From contig JACABE010000008.1 of the NCBI GenBank assembly GCA_013377005.1, positions 15,720-79,719 on the forward strand: 64,000 nucleotides of DNA, in the 5' to 3' direction. The translations under genes were made by a program, and so were the position numbers. This DNA comes from Bacteroidota bacterium (lineage in GTDB: Bacteria > Bacteroidota > Bacteroidia > Bacteroidales > JACABE01). Below are positions 1 to 10,929 of the stretch, piece after piece; position 1 is the first letter of the stretch, and each line of letters opens with the position of its first letter. The notes beneath the pieces are model-generated. The model searched no databases. It had not been told where the DNA came from and saw only the letters and a list, made by a program, of their open reading frames with translations.

Positions 1-569
1 ATTAGAAAAATAGCCAATAAAAATCCTAAATCACCAATACGATTCATAATAAATGCTTTTTTGGCTGCATTGTTATTTTCGTGATCACCATACCAGAATC
101 CAATTAAAAGATAAGAACATAGTCCCACCCCTTCCCAACCTATAAACATAACCAGAAAATTGCTGCTGATTACCAGTATAAGCATAAAGAAAATAAACAG
201 ATTCATGTATGAAAAAAATCGACTAAATGATTCATCATCTTGCATATATGCTATTGAATATACGTGTATTAAAAAACCAACGCCAGTAACAATCAATAAC
301 ATTAATGCAGTTAATGGATCAGCCATTAAGCTGAAAGAAATATTAAAATTCTGAAAGTGAATCCATTCAAAAAGTCTCAGAGAAATAACATTTTCACTAA
401 CATTAGCAGCCAAAATGATTGAAAAAACAAAAGGAATAAAAACAGCCGTACTTGCCAGTATTCCAACTACAAGTTTTGAAATTGTTTTTCCAAATAAACC
501 AGAAAATAGAAATCCGGCTAGAGGGAATAATAATATCAACAATAATAATATATTAAGATTATTTTCCAT
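1..569 (-). CDS. nuoL: NADH-quinone oxidoreductase subunit L (5' part; runs off the window start)
   Basis: Manual translation from the ATG at 569: MENNLNILLLILLFPLAGF...LIHVYSIAYM...FIGWEGVGLCSYLLIGFWY...AAKKAFIMNRIGDLGF. These are NuoL/ND5 motifs, and the gene follows nuoK. Confidence 0.95.
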   Translation of the reverse strand, partial: MENNLNILLLLILLFPLAGFLFSGLFGKTISKLVVGILASTAVFIPFVFSIILAANVSENVISLRLFEWIHFQNFNISFSLMADPLTALMLLIVTGVGFLIHVYSIAYMQDDESFSRFFSYMNLFIFFMLILVISSNFLVMFIGWEGVGLCSYLLIGFWYGDHENNNAAKKAFIMNRIGDLGFLLAIFL

Positions 570-571
570 AC

Positions 572-901
572 TTACCATTTCAATTTGTTTAGGAAATTTA
601 TATCAATTGTTTGGGTGTTTCTGTAAATCATTACCAGTAATGCAAGACCAACAGCCACTTCGGCAGCCGCCACCACCATAATAAAAAAGACAAATACTTG
701 CCCCGAAGGGTCATTATGATAAACCGAAAATGCCGCTAACAATAAGTTTACCGAATTCAGCATCATTTCAATTGACATAAAAACCACTATAGCGTTTCGC
801 CTGATTAATACCCCCATAATTCCTATAATAAACAGTATGCTGCTTAACCAAATATAGGAATTTATAGATATACTCTGTAATTGTAATATAATATTTTCCA
901 T
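572..901 (-). CDS. nuoK: NADH-quinone oxidoreductase subunit K
   Basis: RRNAIVVFMSIEMMLNSVNL and VAAAEVAVGLA motifs; operon position. Confidence 0.96.
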   Translation of the reverse strand: MENIILQLQSISINSYIWLSSILFIIGIMGVLIRRNAIVVFMSIEMMLNSVNLLLAAFSVYHNDPSGQVFVFFIMVVAAAEVAVGLALLVMIYRNTQTIDINFLNKLKW

Positions 902-903
902 AA

Positions 904-1398
904 TTATTCTTTTTTACCAATCATTAAAGTTCCTACTATTGAAGCCAGAAACAAAACAGAAGTTAGTTCAAAAGGAACTAAGAAATCTGTAAAAAGAGTT
1001 TTGCCCAGATTTTTAATCAAGCCTATTGAATTATCAGAAAAATCCTGAACCGGAGCATTATCAATACCTTTCAGGCTACCTACTAATGTAACAGCTAGTA
1101 AACATCCAGTAATTACAGCAATAATTTTCACTAATGCGGATTTCTTTGGTTCAGTTTCTTTGTTAAGATTCAACAACATAACAGTGAACAAGAATAAAAC
1201 CATAATTGCCCCTGCATAAACAATAATATTAACTACAGCCAGAAACTGGGCATTCAATAATATATAATGCCCTGAAATAGCAAAGAAAGAAACAATTAAA
1301 AACAAAACACTATTGATGGGTTTTCTGGAAAAAATAACCATTAATGATGAAAACACCAGTATTACAGATAATATATAAAACAGTATTGTTGAAAACAT
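904..1398 (-). CDS. nuoJ: NADH-quinone oxidoreductase subunit J
   Basis: Hydrophobic protein with VYAGAIMVLFLF and PFELTSVL; operon position. Confidence 0.96.
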   Translation of the reverse strand: MFSTILFYILSVILVFSSLMVIFSRKPINSVLFLIVSFFAISGHYILLNAQFLAVVNIIVYAGAIMVLFLFTVMLLNLNKETEPKKSALVKIIAVITGCLLAVTLVGSLKGIDNAPVQDFSDNSIGLIKNLGKTLFTDFLVPFELTSVLFLASIVGTLMIGKKE

Positions 1399-1967
1399 TA
1401 TTTATTGTGTTTAAAATTTTTATTCTTTTTAAATTCCAGCACTTCTGCTGATTGTCGTTTCGAAATATCAATTCTGTTGTCCATTGTTTCAACCAATTCA
1501 TCTTTTCCGTAGATAAAATCCTGACGTTCAAAATTTGATGGAACGATTTCCTTTGTCAGGAAAATAGCTTCTTTTGGACATGCTTCCTCGCATAAACCAC
1601 AGAATATGCACCTTAGCATATTTATTTCGTAAGTTGCAGCATATTTTTCCTCCCGATAAAGATGTTCTTCGCCATTTTTCTTTTCAGCTGCTATCATAGT
1701 TATAGCTTCTGCAGGACAGGCTAAAGCGCACAATCCGCAAGCAGTACATCGTTCACGGCCTACATCATCTCTTTTTAAAACATGTTTGCCACGATAAATC
1801 TCTGCAAACGGTTTGGTTTGTTCAGGATACTGAAGTGTAACTTTCTTTTTAAACAAATGAGAAAATGTAATATACATTCCCTTTACAACTGCTGGAAGAT
1901 ACATTTTTTCCCATATAGACATTTTCTTATTGGAAACTATATTAGATTTGTTTGTTAAATTACTCAT
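1398..1967 (-). CDS. nuoI: NADH-quinone oxidoreductase subunit I
   Basis: Two 4Fe-4S motifs, CTACGLCALACP and CIFCGLCEEACP. Confidence 0.97.
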   Translation of the reverse strand: MSNLTNKSNIVSNKKMSIWEKMYLPAVVKGMYITFSHLFKKKVTLQYPEQTKPFAEIYRGKHVLKRDDVGRERCTACGLCALACPAEAITMIAAEKKNGEEHLYREEKYAATYEINMLRCIFCGLCEEACPKEAIFLTKEIVPSNFERQDFIYGKDELVETMDNRIDISKRQSAEVLEFKKNKNFKHNK

Positions 1968-1975
1968 CTTTCTAA

Positions 1976-3001
1976 CTAATTATGTAACATTAATACAACA
2001 GCTGTAATCAGTATATTAAAAATTGCAAGTGGAATCAGCCAGGTCCAACCCAAACGCATCAATTGATCATAACGGAAACGTGGTAAAGTCCATCTGATCC
2101 ACATAAATACAAATCCAAAAAATGATATCTTTATAAAGAAAACCAAGGCGCCAACTATTGCCAGCCAGTTTTGAGATAAACCGAGACTGTCTTCAAATGG
2201 GAAATGAAATCCTCCAAAGTAAAGTGCGGAAATGATAGCACTTGAAATAAACATATTGATATATTCCGAAAAAAGAAAGAAACCCAGTTTCATACTGCTA
2301 TATTCTGTATGAAAACCTCCTACCAATTCTGTTTCACACTCGGGTAAATCAAAAGGAGCACGATTACATTCCGCTAAAGCACATATTATAAATATCAAAA
2401 AACCAACCGGTTGATACCAGATATTCCAATTGATTCCCTTTTGTTGCGCCACCATATCGCTGAGACTTAACGAACCCGACATCATAACGATTGCAAGAAT
2501 AGCCAATCCCATAGCAAGTTCGTAACTAATCATTTGCGAAGCTGCTCGAATAGCACCAAGCAATGAATATTTATTATTGGAAGCCCAACCACCAAGCATA
2601 ATACCATAAACTCCCACAGAAGTAACTGCAACAATATAGAGAATACCAATATTTACATCAGCAACCTGAAGAGAATATTCCTTCCCTTCAATAACGATAA
2701 AACTACCCCAGGGTATTACAGCACTAGTAAGCAAAGCCACAAACATTGCAAGCATCGGTCCCATAATAAAAAGGAAACGATTTGCAGTATTTGGCATAAA
2801 TTCTTCTTTAAATAAAAGTTTCAATCCATCAGCAAGAGGTTGCATTAGCCCAAAAGGTCCTGCACGATTTGGACCCAGTCTATCCTGAAACCATGCAGCA
2901 AACTTACGTTCAAAATACGTAGAATACATGGCCACCAGCAAACTAATCATCATGATTGCCGATATTAATATAATTTTATATATGATATAATTCCAATCCA
3001 T
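1976..3001 (-). CDS. nuoH: NADH-quinone oxidoreductase subunit H
   Basis: ERKFAAWFQDRLGPNRAGPFGLMQPLADGLKL and NRAPFDLPECETELVGGFHTEYS. Confidence 0.97.
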   Translation of the reverse strand: MDWNYIIYKIILISAIMMISLLVAMYSTYFERKFAAWFQDRLGPNRAGPFGLMQPLADGLKLLFKEEFMPNTANRFLFIMGPMLAMFVALLTSAVIPWGSFIVIEGKEYSLQVADVNIGILYIVAVTSVGVYGIMLGGWASNNKYSLLGAIRAASQMISYELAMGLAILAIVMMSGSLSLSDMVAQQKGINWNIWYQPVGFLIFIICALAECNRAPFDLPECETELVGGFHTEYSSMKLGFFLFSEYINMFISSAIISALYFGGFHFPFEDSLGLSQNWLAIVGALVFFIKISFFGFVFMWIRWTLPRFRYDQLMRLGWTWLIPLAIFNILITAVVLMLHN

Positions 3002-3012
3002 TCTCAGTTAGT

Positions 3013-3981
3013 TTATTCCTGCTGTTCCATTTTGCCTTCAATAGGTTTTATAATCGATTGTTTTGTAAGTTTTTCATAATGATTCTGAGAAATCACAGAT
3101 GAACGCTTAATTTTTCGCAAACCTTCAATTATCCAATCAGAAACATTTTTATTTTCAAATCTGCAATCGTTACAAATAAATTCTTCCACTTCGCCATACT
3201 CATCTTTTCTTCCTGTAATGCGATAAATTTCATCGCCAAACATCCAAAGAACCACTTTACCTGAACATTTTTCACAATCTCTATGTGCATCCATTGCTTT
3301 AGTAAACCAAACTCTGTTTTTAAATCTGAAAGTACGATCAGTTAATGCTCCAACAGGACAAACATCTATTATGTTTCCCGAAAAATCATTATCAATAAAA
3401 TTCTCAACAAATGTACTTATTTCGGCTACATCACCTCGATATAAAACCCCATGAACTCTTTCATTTGTAATTTGCTCTGCGGCATAAACACAACGATAGC
3501 AAAGAATACAACGATTCATATGGAGCTTTATCTTTTCACCAAAATTAACAGGAGCAAACTCACGACGTTCTTCTTCATATCTGGTTTCTTCCAAACCATG
3601 TTCGTAACTCAAATTTTGCAGGTCACATTCCCCAGCCTGATCACAAACCGGACAATCGAGGGGATGATTGATTAAAAGAAATTCAACAATAGCTTTACGT
3701 TCTTGTAATACCTGTTCTGATGTGATATTTTGAACATGCATTCCATTTTGTACCAAAGTACTGCAAGAAGGAACCAGTTTCGGCAAAGGACGAGGGTCTA
3801 GTTCTGAAGTTGTTGCTACTTTTACCAGACAAGTTCTGCATTTTCCTCCACTACCTTTGAGTTTAGAATAGTAGCACATTGCTGGTGGAACAATTTTCCC
3901 ACCAATTTTTCGGGCAGCATTTAAAATTGTTGTGCCTTCTTCTACTTCTATTGTGATATTATCTATAGTTACTCTTAACAT
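3013..3981 (-). CDS. nuoG: NADH-quinone oxidoreductase subunit G, short form (Fe-S region only)
   Basis: CY...GKCRTCLV, HPLDCPVCDQAGECDLQ, CILCYRCV and CPVGAL motifs; only 322 aa. Confidence 0.92.
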   Translation of the reverse strand: MLRVTIDNITIEVEEGTTILNAARKIGGKIVPPAMCYYSKLKGSGGKCRTCLVKVATTSELDPRPLPKLVPSCSTLVQNGMHVQNITSEQVLQERKAIVEFLLINHPLDCPVCDQAGECDLQNLSYEHGLEETRYEEERREFAPVNFGEKIKLHMNRCILCYRCVYAAEQITNERVHGVLYRGDVAEISTFVENFIDNDFSGNIIDVCPVGALTDRTFRFKNRVWFTKAMDAHRDCEKCSGKVVLWMFGDEIYRITGRKDEYGEVEEFICNDCRFENKNVSDWIIEGLRKIKRSSVISQNHYEKLTKQSIIKPIEGKMEQQE

Positions 3982-3992
3982 AATTCATTTTA

Positions 3993-5327
3993 TTATAAGT
4001 ATTTGTCTATATTCCCATGACGAATATTTTTAACTATTTCAGGAAATTGAATATGAAATTCAAATTCTTTTCTGAAATGTCGGATTGCACTTGATACAGG
4101 CCATGCTGCTGCATCGCCCAATGGACAAATTGTATTGCCTTCAATGTGTTTGGAAATATCGGCAAGCAAATCTATATCTTTTAATCTGCCTTCACCATTT
4201 TCAATTCTTGTCAGTAGTCTTTCCTGCCAACCGGTTCCTTCTCTGCAAGGAGAACATTGTCCACAAGATTCATGATGATAAAATCTAGCAAAACTTAATG
4301 TATTTCTGACCATACACTGATCTTCGTCATAAACAATAAAACCACCTGAACCCAACATAGTTCCAGTTTCGAAACCGCCTTCGGCAAGTGATTCATAAGT
4401 CATTAATCTTGGTTGACCAGCAGCTGTTTTAAGAATAAGATCTGCAGGTAAAACAGGTACAGAAGAACCTCCAGGTATAACTGCCTTAAGTTTTTTTCCG
4501 CCTTTTATTCCACCACAATATTCTTCGGAATAAATAAAATCTTCTACGGTAATTCCCATTTCAATTTCATATACACCTGGTTTATTTATATTTCCACAAG
4601 CAGAAATCAATTTTGTTCCTGTACTTTTTCCATTACCTAATTTTGAATAAAAGTCACCTCCCATATTCAAAATTGGAGAAATTGCTGCCAAGGTTTCTAC
4701 ATTGTTAACCACAGTAGGACAGCCAAATAAACCAACAAAAGCAGGAAAAGGTGGTTTGAGACGTGGATTTCCTCTTTTTCCTTCCAAAGATTCTATTAAA
4801 GCAGTTTCTTCACCACAAATATAAGCACCTGCACCCGGATGAACATAAATATCAAGAGAAAAAGTAGTTCCCAATATATTTTTTCCTAGAAATCCGTTGG
4901 CATAAGCTTCAGATAGAGCATTGTTTAATATACCAATCAAGTATTTGAATTCACCTCTGATATAAATATAGGCTGTATGCGCTTCCAACGCAAAAGCGGA
5001 ACAAATCATTCCTTCAATAAGCAAATGAGGAAGATGTTCCATTAAATAACGGTCTTTAAATGTACCAGGTTCACTTTCATCAGCATTACAAATCAGATAA
5101 TGAGGTTTATCCGACTTACGGTCGATAAAACCCCATTTCATTCCTGTTGGAAATCCGGCACCACCACGACCTCTCAGTCCCGACTTCTTAACTTCTTCCA
5201 CAACATCAACAGGAGTCATGGTTTTCAATGCTTTTTCAACAGCAGAATAACCTCCTGACTTCCTGTAAATATCAAATGACTCAATACCGGAAATATTTAT
5301 TTTTTCAAGCAAAATTTTTCTACCCAT
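3993..5327 (-). CDS. nuoF: NADH-quinone oxidoreductase subunit F
   Basis: GLRGRGGAGFPTG, NADESEPGTFKDR, GAGAYICGEETAL and ESCGQCSPCREG. Confidence 0.98.
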   Translation of the reverse strand: MGRKILLEKINISGIESFDIYRKSGGYSAVEKALKTMTPVDVVEEVKKSGLRGRGGAGFPTGMKWGFIDRKSDKPHYLICNADESEPGTFKDRYLMEHLPHLLIEGMICSAFALEAHTAYIYIRGEFKYLIGILNNALSEAYANGFLGKNILGTTFSLDIYVHPGAGAYICGEETALIESLEGKRGNPRLKPPFPAFVGLFGCPTVVNNVETLAAISPILNMGGDFYSKLGNGKSTGTKLISACGNINKPGVYEIEMGITVEDFIYSEEYCGGIKGGKKLKAVIPGGSSVPVLPADLILKTAAGQPRLMTYESLAEGGFETGTMLGSGGFIVYDEDQCMVRNTLSFARFYHHESCGQCSPCREGTGWQERLLTRIENGEGRLKDIDLLADISKHIEGNTICPLGDAAAWPVSSAIRHFRKEFEFHIQFPEIVKNIRHGNIDKYL

Positions 5328-5887
5328 TTGTCATCATTGCTTTTAGGCTCATTTGCCTGCGTTCTTAATAAATCTATAATATTATCGATGCTTTCTTTTG
5401 TCAGATTTTGATGAAAACATGTATTAACCTGCATAACAGGAGCATAACCACATGCACCCAAACATTCAACAGTTTTAAAAGTAAATAATCCATCGGCAGT
5501 TGTTTCACCTACATCGATACCTAATTTTTCTTTCAGATAATCAATCATATCATCACCTCCACATGATAGGCATGGTCCGGTCTGACAAATTTCAATCACA
5601 AATTTACCAACTTTATCCAAATAAAACTGTGTATAAAAAGTGGCAACTTCATAAACCTCGATTGGTTTGACATTCAGCAAACCTGCAATATAATCCATAA
5701 TATCTGCATTCAAACTGCCACCAAACTCTTCCTGAGCTATATGTAAAACAGGAATTAATGCTGATTTTTGTTTAGCTTCGGGATAACGCCCTATGATTTC
5801 TTTAATTCTTTGGAGGCTTGCATCAGAAAACGCATAAGTTTTTCCGTTCCTCTCGTATATTTTATGTTTGTTATAATTTTCGCTCAT
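5297..5887 (-). CDS. nuoE: NADH-quinone oxidoreductase subunit E
   Basis: EVATFYTQF, plus 2Fe-2S ligands in ICQTGPC and ECLGACGYAP. Confidence 0.96.
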   Translation of the reverse strand: MSENYNKHKIYERNGKTYAFSDASLQRIKEIIGRYPEAKQKSALIPVLHIAQEEFGGSLNADIMDYIAGLLNVKPIEVYEVATFYTQFYLDKVGKFVIEICQTGPCLSCGGDDMIDYLKEKLGIDVGETTADGLFTFKTVECLGACGYAPVMQVNTCFHQNLTKESIDNIIDLLRTQANEPKSNDDKWVEKFCLKK

Positions 5888-5905
5888 TTCCCTTTTATAA
5901 TATTA

Positions 5906-7108
5906 TTATGCATCAAGTTCTCCTGCTATTACATTCATACTACTCATCGTAAGTATAGCATCAGAAAGCATTCCATTGCGAATAATTTCAGGATAAGCCT
6001 GATAATAAATAAAGCTGGGTCTTCTGAAATGCAATCGGTATGGTGTACGACCGCCATCACTAATCAGATAGAATCCTAATTCACCGTTTGCACCTTCTAC
6101 TGCTTGATAGACTTCAGCTTTTGGCATATCAATTTCACCCATTACAATTTTAAAATGCCAGATTAAAGCTTCCATATTGTTGTACACCTTTTCTTTGGCA
6201 GGTAGATAAAATTCAGGTACGTTTGCATGAAAGTTTCCTTCCGGTAAGTTATCCAAGGCATATTGTATCAATCTGAGGCTTTGACGCATTTCTTCATTTC
6301 TCACACAAAACCGATCGTAAACATCGCCCTGTGTTCCAATTGGAATATCAAATTCAAAATCTTCATAAGAACAGTAAGGTGAAGTGGCTCTTACATCATA
6401 ATCAACTCCGGCAGCACGAAGATTTGGTCCTGTAAAACCAAAATTTAATGCTCTTTCTGCATTTATTCCTCCAACACCAATCGTACGATCCATAAAGATA
6501 CGATTTCGTAATAGTAAATTCTCAAATTCCTGTAGCTTCTTCGGAAACCTTATTAAAAAAGCTTTTATCTTTTCGATGGCTGTTTTAGAAAAATCTCTTT
6601 CAAATCCTCCAATTCTGCCCATATTGGTAGTAAGTCTTGCACCTGAAATCTCTTCATATATCTCGTAAACAGCTTCTCTTTCCTGAAAAATATATGTAAA
6701 ACCGGTTAAAGCTCCACTATCCACCCCAATTACACTGTTGCAAATCAAATGATCGGTAATTCGTGCCAATTCCATCACAATAATTCGCATATAATCAACT
6801 TTTTTAGGCGTTGTTATTCCCAAAAGTTTTTCCACTGTCATAAACCAACCCAAATTATTGATAGGTGCTGAACAATAGTTCAGCCTATCAGTGAGAGGTG
6901 TTATCTGATAATAGGGACGCCTTTCGGCTATTTTTTCAAATGCACGGTGAATATATCCTATAGTAGGTTCTGCATCAATAATTTTTTCTCCATCCATGGT
7001 TAATACATTCTGAAAAATACCATGAGTAGCCGGATGAGTTGGACCCAAATTAAGTATTGAATAGTTTTTTTCGTTTGCCCAAGGATTAATTATTGTGTTT
7101 TCTTCCAT
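5906..7108 (-). CDS. nuoD: NADH-quinone oxidoreductase subunit D
   Basis: NLGPTHPATHG, GYIHRAFEK, DRLNY and C-terminal GELDA. Confidence 0.97.
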   Translation of the reverse strand: MEENTIINPWANEKNYSILNLGPTHPATHGIFQNVLTMDGEKIIDAEPTIGYIHRAFEKIAERRPYYQITPLTDRLNYCSAPINNLGWFMTVEKLLGITTPKKVDYMRIIVMELARITDHLICNSVIGVDSGALTGFTYIFQEREAVYEIYEEISGARLTTNMGRIGGFERDFSKTAIEKIKAFLIRFPKKLQEFENLLLRNRIFMDRTIGVGGINAERALNFGFTGPNLRAAGVDYDVRATSPYCSYEDFEFDIPIGTQGDVYDRFCVRNEEMRQSLRLIQYALDNLPEGNFHANVPEFYLPAKEKVYNNMEALIWHFKIVMGEIDMPKAEVYQAVEGANGELGFYLISDGGRTPYRLHFRRPSFIYYQAYPEIIRNGMLSDAILTMSSMNVIAGELDA

Positions 7109-7121
7109 TTTTTATCTTTTA

Positions 7122-7616
7122 TTACCTTCCAAAATAACGATTGTCTTTATCTTCACGAGTTGGGTCTTCCATTGCATATTCTTTACGCATAGGGAAATAA
7201 TCAAGATATTCTACATTTAAAATGCGCTTCAAGTTAGGATGTCCTTCGAATTGAATTCCGTAGAAATCGTAGGTTTCGCGTTCCATCCAATTGGCTGCAG
7301 AGTATATCGGTGTAATTGTAGGTACTATAGGATTATCTTTTGGCAAAAATGTTTTAATGCGAATACGATTATTTTCCTTCATATTATGAAGATGATAAAC
7401 AACACCAAGCTCGTTTTCGGTATCGGGATAATGTACTCCGCAAATATCGGTAAGAAAACCAAAACCAGGTTCAGGTTCTTTTTTTAGATACGAAATCAGG
7501 TCGTTGATTACTGCCGGCTTAACTGTAATGGTAAGCAAACCAAAAGGTTCTTCGAAACTGATTACAAAACCATCGAAATATTGCCTTATTTTCTGAAGTA
7601 TATATTTGTTATCCAT
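7122..7616 (-). CDS. nuoC: NADH-quinone oxidoreductase subunit C
   Basis: ANWMERETYDFYGIQFEGHPNLKRIL. Confidence 0.97.
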   Translation of the reverse strand: MDNKYILQKIRQYFDGFVISFEEPFGLLTITVKPAVINDLISYLKKEPEPGFGFLTDICGVHYPDTENELGVVYHLHNMKENNRIRIKTFLPKDNPIVPTITPIYSAANWMERETYDFYGIQFEGHPNLKRILNVEYLDYFPMRKEYAMEDPTREDKDNRYFGR

Positions 7617-7659
7617 TAAAAATTATTTTGAATTTCACTAAATAATTGCCGTTCCTTTT

Positions 7660-8226
7660 CTATTTATGCCCAATTTCATTTATTCCATACTTAGCCAGCA
7701 TTTCTTTGTATTCAGTTGAATTTCTCCTTCTTAAAGATTCACTTTCTACCAGTTGCTGTATTTTTAAAATACCGTCTAATATCTGCTCAGGACGTGGAGG
7801 ACAGCCCGGCACATAAACATCTACAGGAATTACTCTGTCAATTCCCTGCAATACGCTGTGAGTATCAAAAATCCCTCCACTTGAAGCACAAGCACCCACG
7901 GCAATTACCCAACGGGGTTCTGCCATTTGTTCGTAAACCTGTTGCAAAATCGGCCCCATTTTTTTGGCGATGGTTCCCATTACCATTAGCAAATCTGCCT
8001 GACGTGGCGAAAAACTTAAGCGTTCAGAACCAAATCTTCCCAAATCGTAATTTGATGCCATGGTTGCCATAAATTCAATACCGCAACAAGAAGTAGCAAA
8101 AGGAAGAGGCCAGATGGAATTTTTGCGAGCCAATCCAACAACTTTATCTAAAGAAGTAGCAAAAAAACCAGGTTGAGAATAACCTTCGGGTAGGGCTACT
8201 TGTGTATACTTTTTATTTTCTGACAT
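7660..8226 (-). CDS. nuoB: NADH-quinone oxidoreductase subunit B
   Basis: [21 protein letters not shown] and VPGCPPRPE. Confidence 0.98.
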   Translation of the reverse strand: MSENKKYTQVALPEGYSQPGFFATSLDKVVGLARKNSIWPLPFATSCCGIEFMATMASNYDLGRFGSERLSFSPRQADLLMVMGTIAKKMGPILQQVYEQMAEPRWVIAVGACASSGGIFDTHSVLQGIDRVIPVDVYVPGCPPRPEQILDGILKIQQLVESESLRRRNSTEYKEMLAKYGINEIGHK

Positions 8227-8235
8227 TGTAATCTC

Positions 8236-8613
8236 CTATTCCCATTTTAAAGCTCCTTTGCGATGTAAATAAAAGAACCCAATCAATAATAACGCAACAA
8301 ATATAAACATACTGAACAATCCACCCCAGCCTAATTCGCGGAAATTAATTGCATAGGGATAAAAAAATATAATTTCTACATCGAACAACACAAAAAGGAT
8401 AGCCACCATAAAGTATTTTACCGAAAATGGAATACGTGCATTGCCTTTTACCTCGATACCGCATTCAAAATTATTAGATTTTTTGCGGGTTTCTATCTTT
8501 CGCCGCTTTGCCGTTAGGAAATGTGTTGCCAGCATTGTGATTACAACAAAACCAAATACAACAACCGACTGTAATAATATGGGTATATAATCTGATGATA
8601 CGGAATTATTCAT
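8236..8613 (-). CDS. nuoA: NADH-quinone oxidoreductase subunit A
   Basis: FECG and AILFVLFDVEIIFFYPYA, ending KGALKWE; first gene of the operon. Confidence 0.97.
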   Translation of the reverse strand: MNNSVSSDYIPILLQSVVVFGFVVITMLATHFLTAKRRKIETRKKSNNFECGIEVKGNARIPFSVKYFMVAILFVLFDVEIIFFYPYAINFRELGWGGLFSMFIFVALLLIGFFYLHRKGALKWE

Positions 8614-8800
8614 TATGATAAATTTATTGTTATTGTTTTAACAACTTTAGGTTACAAAGGTTTAATATTATTATTGAAATTCCTTATTTATTACTGAAAA
8701 ACATTTTTACAAACTTACAATATAAGCAAATACAAATTTAATAAATTATCTATTTTTTTTATACTTTTACAGCTTGATATTAATAAATAAAAAACTGGAA

Positions 8801-9460
8801 TTGTATTTCATAAAATCGCCTTATATACTCAGCAAGCTAACCGGAAAAACTGTTATTTGGGAAATGCAAAAAGGGAAAAATCGTATATTTCTTACCTTTG
8901 ATGATGGTCCAATACCCGAAATTACACCCGATGTATTAAAAATTCTTTCCGATTATAATATTAAAGCAACATTTTTTTGTGTGGGTGACAACATAAGAAA
9001 ACATCCTGATATTTTACAACAGATTATTGAAAACGGGCACAGCATTGGTTGTCATACATTCCATCATTTGAATGGTTGGAAAACAACAAAAGTTGAATAT
9101 ATTGAGAATGTAAAAAAGTTTGAAGGCTATCTACAAACCAATCTCTTTCGTCCGCCTTATGGCAAAGCAAGTCCGGCACAAATTAATCTGCTAAAAGAAA
9201 AATATTTTACCATTTTATGGTCTGTTTTAAGCGGCGATTTCGATACGAAGATTACAGGCGAACAGTGTTTGCAGAATGTGATTCAAAATACTGTTGATGG
9301 CTCTATTGTTGTTTTTCACGATAGTATAAAAGCCAAAGAAAGATTAATGTATGCTCTGCCAAGATTCATTGAACATTTTTTAAAATTAGGATACAACTTT
9401 GAAGCTATCAAATATGAAGAACTGATGCTTTATAATAGTTCTTTAAAAAGTGATTTGTGA
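8801..9460 (+). CDS. Polysaccharide deacetylase (NodB/CE4 family)
   Basis: LTFDDGP, HTFHH, FRPPYG and VVFHD motifs. The start is placed at the TTG at 8801 by inference (the ORF track starts at 8774). Confidence 0.9.
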   Translation: MYFIKSPYILSKLTGKTVIWEMQKGKNRIFLTFDDGPIPEITPDVLKILSDYNIKATFFCVGDNIRKHPDILQQIIENGHSIGCHTFHHLNGWKTTKVEYIENVKKFEGYLQTNLFRPPYGKASPAQINLLKEKYFTILWSVLSGDFDTKITGEQCLQNVIQNTVDGSIVVFHDSIKAKERLMYALPRFIEHFLKLGYNFEAIKYEELMLYNSSLKSDL

Positions 9461-9496
9461 AATTAAATATTAAAAAATAACCCAACAAATAACAGC

Positions 9497-10018
9497 ATGG
9501 CACTTATAAAATCAGTAAAAGGGGTAAGTCCTCAATTTGGAAAAAGTTGCTTTTTAGCAGACAATGCCACCATAACAGGCGACGTAATTATGGGTGATGA
9601 CTGTAGTGTATGGTTTAATACAGTTATAAGAGGGGATGTGCATACCATTAGAATAGGTAATAAAGTAAATATTCAGGATGGAGCTATAATTCATTGCACC
9701 TATCAAAAAGCCTCTATCGATATTGGCAATAATGTATCCATTGCCCATAAAGCCATTGTACATGGTTGTACAATCCATGATAATGTACTCATAGGTATGG
9801 GAGCTATTATTATGGATAATGTAGTAATTGAAAGTAATTGTATTATTGCAGCCGGTGCTATTGTTTTGGAAAATACGATTGTAAAATCGGGCTCATTATA
9901 TGCTGGTATTCCTGCCAAAAAAATTAAAGATTTAGACAAAACGCTTATTGAAGGTCAAATAATGAGAATCGCCAATGCTTACCCCATGTATGCCAGCTGG
10001 TATGATAAAGAGGAATAA
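9497..10018 (+). CDS. Gamma carbonic anhydrase family (hexapeptide repeat) protein
   Basis: VIRGDVH, NIQDGAIIH and IAHKAIVHGC; left-handed beta-helix repeats. Confidence 0.92.
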   Translation: MALIKSVKGVSPQFGKSCFLADNATITGDVIMGDDCSVWFNTVIRGDVHTIRIGNKVNIQDGAIIHCTYQKASIDIGNNVSIAHKAIVHGCTIHDNVLIGMGAIIMDNVVIESNCIIAAGAIVLENTIVKSGSLYAGIPAKKIKDLDKTLIEGQIMRIANAYPMYASWYDKEE

Positions 10019-10063
10019 ACGTTAATTTCATTCTCTCACTGCATTAGCTTTTGCAAACAATTT

Positions 10064-10789
10064 TTACTTTCTCAGCTCAAAATTTTTGCCTAAATAAACT
10101 TTACGGACATGTTCATCTTCGGCTAATTCTTGAGAAGTGCCTGATTTTAGGATAGAGCCTTCGAACAACAGATAGGCTCTATCGGTTATTGTGAGTGTTT
10201 CGTGTACATTATGATCGGTAATTAATACACCTATGTTCTTTTCTTTTAGTTTCCTTACAATGGTTTGGATGTCTTCCACCGCTATAGGATCAACACCTGC
10301 AAAGGGTTCATCCAATAAAATAAATTTTGGATCAACAGCCAAGGCACGGGCTATTTCAGTACGTCGTCTTTCGCCTCCAGAGAGTTGAATGCCTTTACTT
10401 TTGCGAATATTTTGCAATCCAAATTCATTGAGTAAGGTTTCAAGTTTTTGATGTTGTTCTTCTTTAGTGAGTTTTGTAAATTCAAGTACTGCACTAATAT
10501 TATCTTCTACGCTCAATTGTCTGAAAACAGAAGCTTCCTGTGCCAAATAGCCAACTCCGTGTTGAGCTCTTTTGTACATAGGCATCTCAGTAATATCGAG
10601 ATCATCAAGATATACTTTACCCGAAACTGGTTTAATTAATCCAACTGTCATGTAAAAAGTAGTTGTTTTGCCAGCACCGTTCGGTCCTAACAATCCAACA
10701 ATTTCGCCTTGCTCCACCTGCACTGATACTCCATTAACTACAGTTCGGTTTTTGTATTTCTTTACAATATTTTCAGTTCTTAATATCAT
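10064..10789 (-). CDS. lptB: LPS export ABC transporter ATP-binding protein
   Basis: [38 protein letters not shown] and [10 protein letters not shown]. Start moved to the ATG at 10789. Confidence 0.95.
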   Translation of the reverse strand: MILRTENIVKKYKNRTVVNGVSVQVEQGEIVGLLGPNGAGKTTTFYMTVGLIKPVSGKVYLDDLDITEMPMYKRAQHGVGYLAQEASVFRQLSVEDNISAVLEFTKLTKEEQHQKLETLLNEFGLQNIRKSKGIQLSGGERRRTEIARALAVDPKFILLDEPFAGVDPIAVEDIQTIVRKLKEKNIGVLITDHNVHETLTITDRAYLLFEGSILKSGTSQELAEDEHVRKVYLGKNFELRK

Positions 10790-10929
10790 TGCTTTTAATA
10801 TATGTTGCAAAGTTAAACTAAGCTATTTATTAATTATTGTTTTAAAGTTAAATTTAAAAATTAAATTTTATACACTTTCACTATTAACACATTAATGATA
10901 AGCAAAATAGAAATATAAGTTTAGTATTT

